From the IMG/VR virus record IMGVR_UViG_2537561930_000005: a stretch of DNA of 36,611 bases; one strand, written 5' to 3'. How positions within the stretch are numbered: position 1 is the stretch's first letter; each line of letters opens with the position of its first letter. Both the position numbers and the translations under genes were made by a program. Below the pieces are notes generated by a model that was given only the letters and a program-made list of their open reading frames with translations, had not been told where the DNA came from and made no database searches. Origin of the DNA: a virus (taxonomy: Duplodnaviria; Heunggongvirae; Uroviricota; Caudoviricetes). Shown piece after piece: positions 1-9,100 of the stretch.

Positions 1-82
1 TGTGCCTAAGTTAACGCGTTATTAGTTATCTTATTCTCAAATTGTGTTACGATAATCCGAGCGGATAATCAGGAGAGGAAAG

Positions 83-1984
83 ATGAGCAAAGTAAAAATC
101 GGTGAATTAATAAACTCACTTGTTAGCGATGTTGAGTCAATAGATAACTCTGACCGTCCTCAAGGGGAGAAAACAAAAAAAATAAAGGCTGTTGCATTAA
201 AATTTAAAAATGCATTATTTAATGACAAGCGAAAGTTTAGGGGGAAAGGATTAGAAAAAAGAATTACAGCCAACACATTCAATGCCTATATGAGCAGGGC
301 CAGAAAACGGTTTGATGATAAACTTCATCATAGCTTTGAAAAAAATATACATCGCCTATCTGAAAAGTATCCTTTATATAATGAGGAGCTATTGTCATGG
401 CTTTCTCTACCTGCTGCCGATATTCGCCAGAGAATGTCAGCTTTACAGGCAAAATTAAAATTAATTCTCCCTCTATCAGAAGATTTATCTAATATCAGAA
501 TTGGCGATAACAAAAGTCATAATAAGTTATTGAAATTATCAAATAAATATAAAGAGTGGCAATTCGCCATTTCTGATTTAACTAGCGATAACTGGAAAGA
601 TAAGCGCGATTATTTATATAAATTACTACAGCAAGGATCTGCCTTACTTGAGGAGTTGAATCAGCTAAAAGTTAACCATGAGATTCTCTATCATCTTCAA
701 CTAAGCCCTGCCGAACGTGCATCTATCCAGCAACGATGGGCGGACGTTCTGCACAATAAGAAACGTAACGTGGTGGTCATTGATTACCCTAAATATATGC
801 AAGCTATTTACGATATTATAAATAGCCCTGCTACATTAAATAATCTAAACACTCGTTCAGGTATGGCTCCTTTGGCATTTGCACTTGCTGCATTGTCAGG
901 AAGACGAATGATTGAGATTATGTATCAAGGTACATTTACTGTTTCTGGTAAGTATACCGTTGATTTTTTAGGCCAAGCTAAAAAAAGAACTTCTGATGAT
1001 ATAACCAGAAAAATATATACATTATGCGAAGCAAAAACATTTGTTTATTTAATAAATGTACTTCGCTCATGCCCAGCAGCATCTGATTTTGATGATGTCG
1101 TTAAAGGTTATGGAGATAACGACACACGCTCTGAAAACGGACGTATTAATGCCATATTAGCAAAGGCTTTTAACCCGTGGGTTAAATCATTTTTCAAAGA
1201 TGACCGCCGTGTTTATAAAGATAGTCGTGCTATTTATGCCCGTATTGCGTATGAAATGTTTTTCCGCGTAGATCCTCGTTGGAAAAACGTAGATGAAGAT
1301 GTTTTCTTTATGGAAATTTTAGGCCATGACGATGAAAACACTCAATTACACTATAAGCAATTCAAGCTGGCCAACTTCTCAAAGACATGGAGGCCAAATA
1401 CTGGAAACGAAAATACCAGGCTGGAAGCATTGCAGCAGCTTGATGACGAAATGCCTGGATTCGCCAGAGGAGATGCCGGGGTTCGTCTGCATAACACAGT
1501 TAAGCAGCTGGTAGAGCAGGACCCCTCTATAAAAATCACGAACAGCACTCTAAGAGCGTTCAAATTTAGCCCAACAATGATTAGTCGATACCTGGAATTT
1601 GCTGCTGATGCTCTGGGGCAATTTGTTGGCGAAAACGGACAATGGCAACTGAAAATAGATACTCCAGAAATCGTTATGCCTGACGAAGAAGAACTGGAAG
1701 CAATACCTGAACTGGCGGATGAATTGTCAGAGGATGACGATCTGGATGACGACGAAATTGAGATAGAGGAAGAGGAAGAGGAAGAGGAAGAGAGCGTAGA
1801 AGAACAGCAACCGCCTGCACCTTCTTCGCCTGTATCTAAGCCGGTATTTAAGCCGGTGAGAAATATTGGTGATGGCTCATACGTTGTTGAGTTTCATTAT
1901 AATGGCCAGAATTATGCGTGGTCCGGCAGTGCAAACAGCCCCATGTCAGCAATGCAGTTAGCATGGCTGACATATTTCGGTTAA
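83..1984 (+). CDS. telN: Protelomerase (telomere resolvase), TelN/TelK-like, 633 aa
   Basis: ATG at 83 preceded by RBS AGGAGAGG (71-78). The protein has the N-terminal MSKVKIGELIN... and tyrosine-recombinase-like core I recall for N15 TelN / phiKO2 TelK, plus a C-terminal acidic tract. Length is close to the ~630 aa of TelN. Confidence 0.8.
   Translation: MSKVKIGELINSLVSDVESIDNSDRPQGEKTKKIKAVALKFKNALFNDKRKFRGKGLEKRITANTFNAYMSRARKRFDDKLHHSFEKNIHRLSEKYPLYNEELLSWLSLPAADIRQRMSALQAKLKLILPLSEDLSNIRIGDNKSHNKLLKLSNKYKEWQFAISDLTSDNWKDKRDYLYKLLQQGSALLEELNQLKVNHEILYHLQLSPAERASIQQRWADVLHNKKRNVVVIDYPKYMQAIYDIINSPATLNNLNTRSGMAPLAFALAALSGRRMIEIMYQGTFTVSGKYTVDFLGQAKKRTSDDITRKIYTLCEAKTFVYLINVLRSCPAASDFDDVVKGYGDNDTRSENGRINAILAKAFNPWVKSFFKDDRRVYKDSRAIYARIAYEMFFRVDPRWKNVDEDVFFMEILGHDDENTQLHYKQFKLANFSKTWRPNTGNENTRLEALQQLDDEMPGFARGDAGVRLHNTVKQLVEQDPSIKITNSTLRAFKFSPTMISRYLEFAADALGQFVGENGQWQLKIDTPEIVMPDEEELEAIPELADELSEDDDLDDDEIEIEEEEEEEEESVEEQQPPAPSSPVSKPVFKPVRNIGDGSYVVEFHYNGQNYAWSGSANSPMSAMQLAWLTYFG
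1766..1794 (+). repeat. (GAGGAA)n hexamer tract inside telN encoding a poly-Glu linker
   Basis: Direct read: gaggaagaggaagaggaagaggaagag, in frame, encoding EEEEEEEEE. Confidence 0.9.
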
Positions 1985-1994
1985 AGCATACAGT

Positions 1995-2026
1995 AAAGGC
2001 ACCGAATTAACGGTGCCTTGTTGTGT
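1995..2026 (+). terminator. Rho-independent terminator after telN
   Basis: 9-bp stem AAGGCACCG / CGGTGCCTT with loop AATTAA, followed by GTTGTGTG, 11 nt after the telN stop. Confidence 0.55.
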
Positions 2027-2155
2027 GACCTACCTCGCCTGCCCCCTGCAAAGGGCAGAAGTAACGGAGGAAACGCGGATGCAACCACAGACATCACCGC
2101 CCCGACTGCGAGGCTTCCCTTCTCTAAGAAGGGCATAAATTCGGGCTGGTCAACC

Positions 2156-2341
2156 CTATTTATTGGTGATTTCTGCTGGCTTTAGCTGCGCGGATAACTG
2201 CTCAAGTTTTTGAACTGCCAGTTCAAAATGCGCGGGTAAAGCATTGCAAATATCATTCGCCACAAACCACGGATCGCCGTTAATCATCACTACACGTACC
2301 TGATGCTCTTCCTGAAAGGAAAAGACTGCTAACGCGCTCAT
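2156..2341 (-). CDS. Small protein with Bro-N-like N-terminal motif (61 aa)
   Basis: Motif VRVVMINGDPWFVANDICNAL resembles the Bro-N/antirepressor N-terminal domain. Start overlaps the upstream gene stop (ATGA). Confidence 0.4.
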   Translation of the reverse strand: MSALAVFSFQEEHQVRVVMINGDPWFVANDICNALPAHFELAVQKLEQLSAQLKPAEITNK

Positions 2342-2571
2342 TCAGCCTCCTTACCGTGCAGCAATTGCGACGAGAGCGATGCTGAATATCCCTGTGCTTC
2401 GTGTGTTAACTCACACGCAATTTGAAGGAGTTTCCCTGCTTCTGAGAGATAAATCGACGCCTCACAGCTGGAGACTGTCCGATGGGCTGATGATACGAGC
2501 GCATAGACCTGAGCCAGACGTTCATCCAACGATTCCAGCAGGCCAACAGTGTTCATTTTTACCTGATTCAT
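2338..2571 (-). CDS. Hypothetical protein (77 aa)
   Basis: ORF translationally coupled at both ends (ATGA overlaps) within a three-gene minus-strand operon. Confidence 0.4.
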   Translation of the reverse strand: MNQVKMNTVGLLESLDERLAQVYALVSSAHRTVSSCEASIYLSEAGKLLQIACELTHEAQGYSASLSSQLLHGKEAE

Positions 2572-2732
2572 GCAGCCACCTCGCGCACCGGAATACGGGC
2601 AGACAATACCAGGACAAACCGGCTGGCGAACTGGCGACGAGCTTCCCGTTCAGATGACGCGATGGTGGAAAGATGATGGATGTGTGACTTTTTGTCTGTG
2701 CGAACGACTGCCGCAAATTTGAATTTGAACAT
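2568..2732 (-). CDS. Hypothetical small protein (54 aa, MFKFKFAAVVRTDKK...)
   Basis: Hand-translated ATG-initiated ORF not in the supplied track (<60 aa). Its TGA overlaps the ATG of the next gene. Confidence 0.3.
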   Translation of the reverse strand: MFKFKFAAVVRTDKKSHIHHLSTIASSEREARRQFASRFVLVLSARIPVREVAA

Positions 2733-3110
2733 GGTATGCACTCCGTTTAATTGGTCGTGCTACCACCAGAGTTCTCACGCTCTTGAATGGTGGTAGCCCA
2801 AGCGGGGGTGAGAATACCGGCAAACGAAGAAACCGGCCTGACCGAAGTCAGCCCCGCCTGAGCCACCATAAATCGGATATGCGCAGGTATATACACACAA
2901 AAAAACACGCTGGCGCGTGTTGTGCGCTTCGTTTATCCGGGTTCTCACGCCCGGCTGCGGAATTTGCCGCAGCGGAGTAACTTTACCGTCAAAACGACGC
3001 ACACGTCAATAATTTGCAAAGACATTTTACCCCGTGACCAGTCACGGGGACAGGTGTTTTTATAGTTTGCTTGAACGAGTGATCAGAAGTTGATCGTTAA
3101 TCAAAGGCCA

Positions 3111-3398
3111 TTACGGATTAAGAGAGTGGAAATACCTAACTAACTTACCGGCATCATCACATTTTTCTTTATCTTCTTCCTTAACATAGCCGCGACAGAA
3201 GGCTGAATAAAATTTCGCATTTTCAGAAGCAAAAGCAGCCGTCGAAAGGAGCAGTTCTTTGCATGATTCTTTTGATGCAGCATCGGGATTATTTTTACAT
3301 GCAAGCTCCGCTGATGAGTTAATAACAGAAATGCTATCTTCCTGGGCATAAACCGCAGCAGAAAAGGCAAAACATAAAACCAAAATAAAACTCTTCAC
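3111..3398 (-). CDS. Small secreted protein with four Cys (signal peptide MKSFILVLCFAFSAAVYA|QE)
   Basis: GTG start at 3398 with RBS AGGAG 5 nt upstream. Typical Sec signal peptide with AxA cleavage site; four cysteines in the mature part; low GC. Confidence 0.45.
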   Translation of the reverse strand: MKSFILVLCFAFSAAVYAQEDSISVINSSAELACKNNPDAASKESCKELLLSTAAFASENAKFYSAFCRGYVKEEDKEKCDDAGKLVRYFHSLNP

Positions 3399-3425
3399 TT
3401 TATCTCCTGTAACAGTTATCACAAC

Positions 3426-3821
3426 TCAATCAACTTTTTTAGCATCAGCCATACGCTTCAACCAGTAATCAACAATCGGCTGCTCATCCACAGAATGTTT
3501 ACCAGGTATAACTCGCCAGCTATCTTGCGAAAATCTGCCGTACTTACGCGGGAATAGGCCTTTCTTTATCTCCCGCCATGTACTAGGAAAACCATCCACA
3601 AAAGTACCAATTAACAGGAGAGGGACAAAAATCAGAGCTACAAACCATCGTGCAAGAAAGTGTTCAACAACAACATTTTCACCGTTGTAGTAATACGCAT
3701 ACGCATCCAATATGCGAATTTTCCTTACCTTAAAAATAGCCTTATGCTGAGAACGACTTAACTTGATACGAATGTATCCCTTATCCAAAGGGGATTCGTA
3801 TTTGTATGATTGAACAGCCAT
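3426..3821 (-). CDS. Membrane protein with one predicted TM helix (WFVALIFVPLLLIGTFV), 131 aa
   Basis: ATG at 3821 (MAVQSYKY...). Lies 27 nt upstream of the secreted-protein gene on the same strand; low GC. Confidence 0.45.
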   Translation of the reverse strand: MAVQSYKYESPLDKGYIRIKLSRSQHKAIFKVRKIRILDAYAYYYNGENVVVEHFLARWFVALIFVPLLLIGTFVDGFPSTWREIKKGLFPRKYGRFSQDSWRVIPGKHSVDEQPIVDYWLKRMADAKKVD

Positions 3822-3918
3822 TTTTAACCCCACTCACCATCAGCAAACAAAGCGTTATACTCTGACATTGACATCCTCCCCCACCTTCGCACTTCGTGAC
3901 TCAGGAGGGGGATTCCCA

Positions 3919-5151
3919 TTAGTGGGTGACGGCTGATTGCTCAGCGTCTGGTTCCTGCTTCAACGGGCGGTCTGACTGCACCGTCCCTCCACAGGCAAGT
4001 ACGGCGTGCCCCGCCGCTAAAATGTTGCGAGCGCCGTTTACATCGGCGTTCGCTGTATATCCACAAGCCCGACACACGAATTTACTTTGTGTCAGGCGGT
4101 TTTCTTTCGCTGTATGACCACAGCACGCGCAACGCTGGCTTGTGTACGCTGGCGGAACAGCAAGCACCTGACCACCACGCCAGAGCTGCTTATACTCAAG
4201 CTGGCGGCGCATTTCATACCAGCCCTGATCCAGTATCGAACGGTTTAAACCTGATTTTGCCCGAACATTGCGCCCCGGTTGGCTGACCGTACCCGCTGCT
4301 GACTTTGACATGTTGCTGACCTTCAAATCCTCAATGACTATCATTGCGTGGTTTTTGCTGATGATCGTTGTGACTTTATGAAGGTAGTCTCTGCGGATAT
4401 TTGCGATACGGGAATGCAGACACTGTATTTTGCGTTTCTGCTTCTGCCAGTTGTTGCTGAATTTGACCCTGCGGCTTAACTGTCGCTGAAGTCTCGCCAG
4501 CTTCTTCTGGTTTTTCTGAAAACTGTTTACAGGTTCAAAGACTGTGCCATCTGACAGCGTGGCGAGTTTAGCCACGCCAGCATCCAGACCGACTATCGTT
4601 GTGCTTGTGTGATTTGGTTCTGCCGTTTCAACTTCAACCTGAAACGAGATATACCACTGTCCCGCTAACTGACTGATTGTCGCATTTTTGATTTTACCGT
4701 TCACACGTTGAGATTGCCGGAATTTTACCCACCCAAGACCTGACGGTAGCTTCACTCTGCGATTTTCAAGGCAGCAATATTTCTCAAAGTTCACAAAACG
4801 GATTGAGTCTCTTCCCTCATTTTTTCGTTTCCATACCGGAGCCTTAGCTGCGAGCTTTTTATCAAAACAACGTTTCCATGCGGTATGCAGGTCTTTCAGC
4901 TTTTGTTGCAGATTGTCGGTATAAGCATGCTGTAAGAAGATGTATTCCGGCATTTTTTTCCACACTGTAATCATCCGGTTCAACTCGAAAGCCGAAGGTA
5001 ACTTTTCGCCTGAGCCAAGTATGCGCTTTGTCTCCGCAAGACCTAAATTCCAGACAAAACGGGCGCAACCACATAACTGCCGCAAACGCTGCGACTGTTC
5101 ATGCGTTGGTTCCAGTCTGAATTTGTAGGCTTTCAGGATTAGCATCATCAT
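3919..5151 (-). CDS. tnpB: TnpB (OrfB) RNA-guided nuclease, 410 aa
   Basis: C-terminal zinc-finger CxxC...CxxC (CACCGH...CRACGY) and RuvC-like region typical of IS605 OrfB; adjacent to tnpA. Confidence 0.8.
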   Translation of the reverse strand: MMMLILKAYKFRLEPTHEQSQRLRQLCGCARFVWNLGLAETKRILGSGEKLPSAFELNRMITVWKKMPEYIFLQHAYTDNLQQKLKDLHTAWKRCFDKKLAAKAPVWKRKNEGRDSIRFVNFEKYCCLENRRVKLPSGLGWVKFRQSQRVNGKIKNATISQLAGQWYISFQVEVETAEPNHTSTTIVGLDAGVAKLATLSDGTVFEPVNSFQKNQKKLARLQRQLSRRVKFSNNWQKQKRKIQCLHSRIANIRRDYLHKVTTIISKNHAMIVIEDLKVSNMSKSAAGTVSQPGRNVRAKSGLNRSILDQGWYEMRRQLEYKQLWRGGQVLAVPPAYTSQRCACCGHTAKENRLTQSKFVCRACGYTANADVNGARNILAAGHAVLACGGTVQSDRPLKQEPDAEQSAVTH

Positions 5152-5203
5152 TCAGTGTGTAGTAGATTTTCTTGCAATATTACTGTTTTTACGGCCAACC
5201 TCA

Positions 5204-5608
5204 ATGCAAAAATACAAAATCAATCGTTCAAGACATGCTGCCTTCCTTTTGCATGTTCATCTTGTCTTTGTAACAAAATACCGTCGAAAGATACTGGGAG
5301 AGTTACACTGTGCAGCATTCCATCAGTATGCAGCAGAAGTCTGCCGTGATTTTGGGGCAGAACTTAAAGAAAGTAACGGAGACGTCGATCATGTCCACAT
5401 GCTGATCGAATACCCACCAACAGTGCAGCTTTCGGTACTGGTTAACTCACTGAAAGCAGTGACATCCCGCCGTCTGCGAAACGAATTTCTTGATTTGCGG
5501 GGGGCATACGGAAAAGCCGTGCTCTGGTCGAGGTCATACTTTGCTGGCTCCTGCGGAGGTGCGCCGCTGGAAGTTGTGAAGCAATATATTCAACATCAGC
5601 GAGGCTGA
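5204..5608 (+). CDS. tnpA: IS200-type Y1 (HUH) transposase TnpA, 134 aa
   Basis: HUH motif (HVHMLIEYPP) and conserved IS200 TnpA length and architecture. Confidence 0.85.
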   Translation: MQKYKINRSRHAAFLLHVHLVFVTKYRRKILGELHCAAFHQYAAEVCRDFGAELKESNGDVDHVHMLIEYPPTVQLSVLVNSLKAVTSRRLRNEFLDLRGAYGKAVLWSRSYFAGSCGGAPLEVVKQYIQHQRG

Positions 5609-5680
5609 GCACCCTTCGGGCTTTTCAAGCCCGTCCAAATTCCCCTCCCGCCTTATGTCGGCGGGAGTACCCTTTGGAAG

Positions 5681-5968
5681 TTAAGATGGTAGACGGTTGC
5701 CCTCGATGTAGAGATTCAGTTCATACTTCGTCTCCGGGTTTTCCTTGTCGGCTCGTTCCCAACGCTCAGCAGCCTCACGCGCCAATAATTCCACTGCTTT
5801 CAGATAATCCTCCGTACGGAACCAGCCAAAGATAAGGCCACGATCTGTTACAGCCCAGGCAACCTTTTTTTCTTCCTCCTGGATAGCCTTAATGCGTCGA
5901 TCGCATTCATCCCGGCAAAACTGCAGCTGACGGTAATCAAGTTTGTCCAAAAATGCAGTAGTAGACAT
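5681..5968 (-). CDS. Hypothetical protein (95 aa) downstream of repA
   Basis: ORF on the repA strand; no recognised domain. Confidence 0.35.
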   Translation of the reverse strand: MSTTAFLDKLDYRQLQFCRDECDRRIKAIQEEEKKVAWAVTDRGLIFGWFRTEDYLKAVELLAREAAERWERADKENPETKYELNLYIEGNRLPS

Positions 5969-5972
5969 ATTT

Positions 5973-6164
5973 TTACTCCCCGTTCACCGAAAAATCACGA
6001 TAGAAACGTTTCCACATACGATAAGTCTGCGCGAGTTGTTCACCACGAAACATCGCCTTCCTGGCCTTCATGTTTTCCTTGTGAGACTTTCGATCTATGA
6101 ACCAAAACCATTGCTGGAACACACAAAGCAAGAGACACAAAGATAATATCCACTGATTACCCAT
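5973..6164 (-). CDS. Small membrane protein (63 aa, MGNQWILSLCLLLCVFQQWFWFI...)
   Basis: ATG at 6164 lies 2 nt upstream of the repA TAA stop (ATGGGTAA), suggesting translational coupling. One clear hydrophobic helix. Confidence 0.3.
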   Translation of the reverse strand: MGNQWILSLCLLLCVFQQWFWFIDRKSHKENMKARKAMFRGEQLAQTYRMWKRFYRDFSVNGE

Positions 6165-9100
6165 AGAAAGCGCCCTGCTCTTCGTAGCTGCATGGGCTAT
6201 TCCCGGTAATGTATTCACGTAACCGCCGCAGTTCATTGCTGGATAAGTGATCCATGAACTCTGTGAGGTACAGAGATGCAAACGTCATAGCTATGCTGGC
6301 TGATGACCATGATGACATAGTGGCCAGCTCCTCACCGGAAAGCGCACTCATCGCCCAGGACTCAGGTACAACCACTGGCAACACAGCCAAAGCCTCAGAA
6401 ATTACTGAATGAGGGGCGTTTTGAACCTGCTCGTTTGTGGATCGCGTTTTATCATCCATATATATATTGAGATCCAAATCGCGATCCATTTCGATGGCGG
6501 TCTTCTCGGCTTTACGCGTTTTCAGGGTTAGGCCATCTTTCTGACGCTGAGCAAGAATATCCAGCATAAATGCCGCTGATTCAGGCTCAACAAAACGCAA
6601 GGTTGGACGCTTATCGCCGTCTCTGCCGCGACGTTTACCTGTTTTAAGGCCAAGAGAGTCGCAAATGTTTTTAAACAACGCTTCCGGCACTTTAGGCTTC
6701 CCTTTTGGCGTCATAAAACCACCAATGTGCAGAACGTTATTCAACAGGTCACGGCGTTCGGCTGTCATGAGGTTATCTCGAGCAAATTTGAGACGCTCCT
6801 GAGTCGCCTCGCCGGTCATAGTCTCAGGGTTGATACCGCAGTCGATAAAGTACTGCCGGAGAGTTGCTGATTTAAGCGCATAGAAACCGCGCGCCCCGAC
6901 TTCAACAGTAGGAGTAGCTTTTACCTTGTGATCGATTATTCCAGGGAATTTAGTTTTAAAGACATCATCAGCCTGCTCGCGAGTCATCGCGGTCACTACA
7001 AAATATTGCCACTGTCCCGCCTGACGGTATGCGTAGGTAAAATTGATGGCTGCTTCTTCCCGGTCGTAACGACGAGCTGTTACCTCATCTAAAAGCATTG
7101 TTTCATAGCGGCGAACTTTGTCTCGAGCACCATCGAAATAGAATTTCAGCGTGCCTTCTTCAACCGGTAGTTTCAGTTCGTTTTCAATATCCCAGCGGAC
7201 AAGTTTTGCCTGTTCTTCAAGCGTCAGCGCGCGTTTTTTTAGCAGTTCTTCACGCTCTGATTCTTGTGGAGTTTCTGTATTGAGATGCAGATCCAGTGTC
7301 TGTTCCCACACAATATCCCGCGCTTCTTTACGCAGCTCTTTACCGATATCATTCGCAGCATAATCGGTGGCCAGCGGCGATACCTTATAACCGTCGCTGT
7401 GCATGATGCAGATCATGTTGCTGGCGTAGTCGTTACGCGCAGTCGCTTCAATAGCGGCTGCTTTAATTTTCATCCTGGTAAAGTCGGTATTGGCCACCCC
7501 CATTGATATACGGTCGCCATCGAAAACGACATCCGTCAGTTCACCGTTCATACCTGCGGTAGCAAGCAATGCCTGGGCGAATGCTCGTTCTATTTTTTGC
7601 GGGTCAGTTTCACGTTTTGCACGAGCTTTATCAAAGCCGATAATAAATTCTTTTGCTGTACGGTCGCGGCGTAGCATTTGCACTGCGTCGCTGGGTACAA
7701 CTTCACCACAGAACATGCCGAAATGACGGTCAAAATGTTTTTGCTCAATCGACACGCCGGATGAAATAGACGGGCTATAAATCAGGCCGTCGTATTTTTT
7801 GACCATCTTTTTCGGTTGATTGGTAAATGCTTCAACTTCTGGCTCTGGTTTGTTTTTCTGGTTTACACACAGAAATTTCTTACCAGGAAAATGCATTCTC
7901 AGGGTGGCTGTCACATCTTCTGCAAAGGTGGAGCTGTCGGTGGCCAACATGATTTTTTCGCCATCCGATACAGCTTTCACCACCTCGGTCATGATGCGAT
8001 CTTTTTCTGTATAAAAAACCCGGATTGGCTCACCTGTTTCGCGGTTGCGAACATCAACAGGTAATTCAATTACGTGGATCTGCAGCCATGCCGGTAAACC
8101 TAGTTCTTCACGGCGTTTCATAGCCAGTTCAGCCAGGTCAACCAGCAGATCATTCGCATCAGCATCCACCATGATTGGGTGTTGTTCTGTTCTGGCCAGC
8201 GCGTCAATTAGCGTATTGAATACAGCCACCGGGTTTTCCATAGCCCGACCGGAAAGAACGGCACGTAGCCCTTGTGTGGCCTCGTCAAAGCCAAAATAGT
8301 CGTGCTGGCGCATCAACGGTTGCCAGCAGTTTTTAACAATCGAGTTTATGCAGATGGTCAGTTTACTGGCGTATGGAGCCATTTCCTGATAGCCAGGATC
8401 CTGATAGTGCAGGATATCGGCTTTTACACCTTTTCCTTCTGTCATCATTTCCCACAGGCCGCCAATAAGGGAGACACGGTGAGCAACAGAGATACCACGT
8501 TCTGAGCTATGCATTAACGGTCGTAACAATCCAGTAGATTTGCCGGAACCCATACCAGCACGGACGATGACTATCCCCTGTAGTGATTGCACGTACTTCA
8601 GGACATCATCGGTCATTACCGAAGTTTCAAAACGCTTATAGGTGATATGTTGAGGGCGTTTATTGGGATCAGTTATGCGTTCGCTGAAAGAGCGCGGAGC
8701 CTGGGCAATACGGCACTTTTTATTCAGGCGACGGGCAATGTGGTCTTTTACCGTAGCGCGATAGATATTTTCCAGTCCCATTTCACGCAGAACGATGCAG
8801 AACATGTTAAATAAATCTGACGGACTGTTAGGAACCGGACAGGTTAGCATGCCAATATCCACCGCTCTCAGCAGCTCTTTGGCAAAAGTACGACGGTTAT
8901 CCCGCTTAATTGTCTTCAGGCGGTTGAGCGTCAGAGATAGCAAATCAGTACCAGTTTTCAGGCGGTTTGCTGTTGCAAATAGTTGACGTGCTGTTTCACG
9001 AAGTCCACGTAGTTTGTGCAGGTCGTTGAAGTCACTGCACTCCATTTGCGGATCGTCTTCAAAAGTTGGATAGACGCAGCGGACATCGTTGAATTTCGAT

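Larger units (their letters stand above)
3840..5675. mobile_element. IS200/IS605-family insertion sequence (divergent tnpA/tnpB); ends approximate
   Basis: Y1 transposase and TnpB genes arranged back to back. Hairpins GGGCTT-TTC-AAGCCC and CCCGCC-TTATGTC-GGCGGG at 5620-5670 look like subterminal IS200/IS605 end hairpins. Exact ends not determined. Confidence 0.6.

Noticed and set aside
12-21. 10-bp perfect palindrome TAACGCGTTA 60 bp upstream of telN, considered as part of a telomere resolution site (telRL/telO)
   Set aside because: Symmetry does not extend beyond 10 bp, and the window begins only 11 nt upstream, so a telomere palindrome cannot be supported or excluded from this sequence.
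2778-2868. Possible tRNA-like gene (segments ending in CCACCA, several short hairpins)
   Set aside because: Could not fold into a cloverleaf: no 7-nt anticodon or T loops, and arm lengths are wrong.
2379-3002. Track ORFs 2379-2657(+), 2522-2716(-), 2775-3002(-), 2783-2980(+)
   Set aside because: They overlap better-supported coupled genes or lie in the structured non-coding region; no RBS or coherent composition.
5973-6281. 102-aa version of the small ORF overlapping the repA 3' end
   Set aside because: Its upstream 39 codons overlap repA out of frame; only the 63-aa portion from the ATG at 6164 is plausible, and even that is low confidence.
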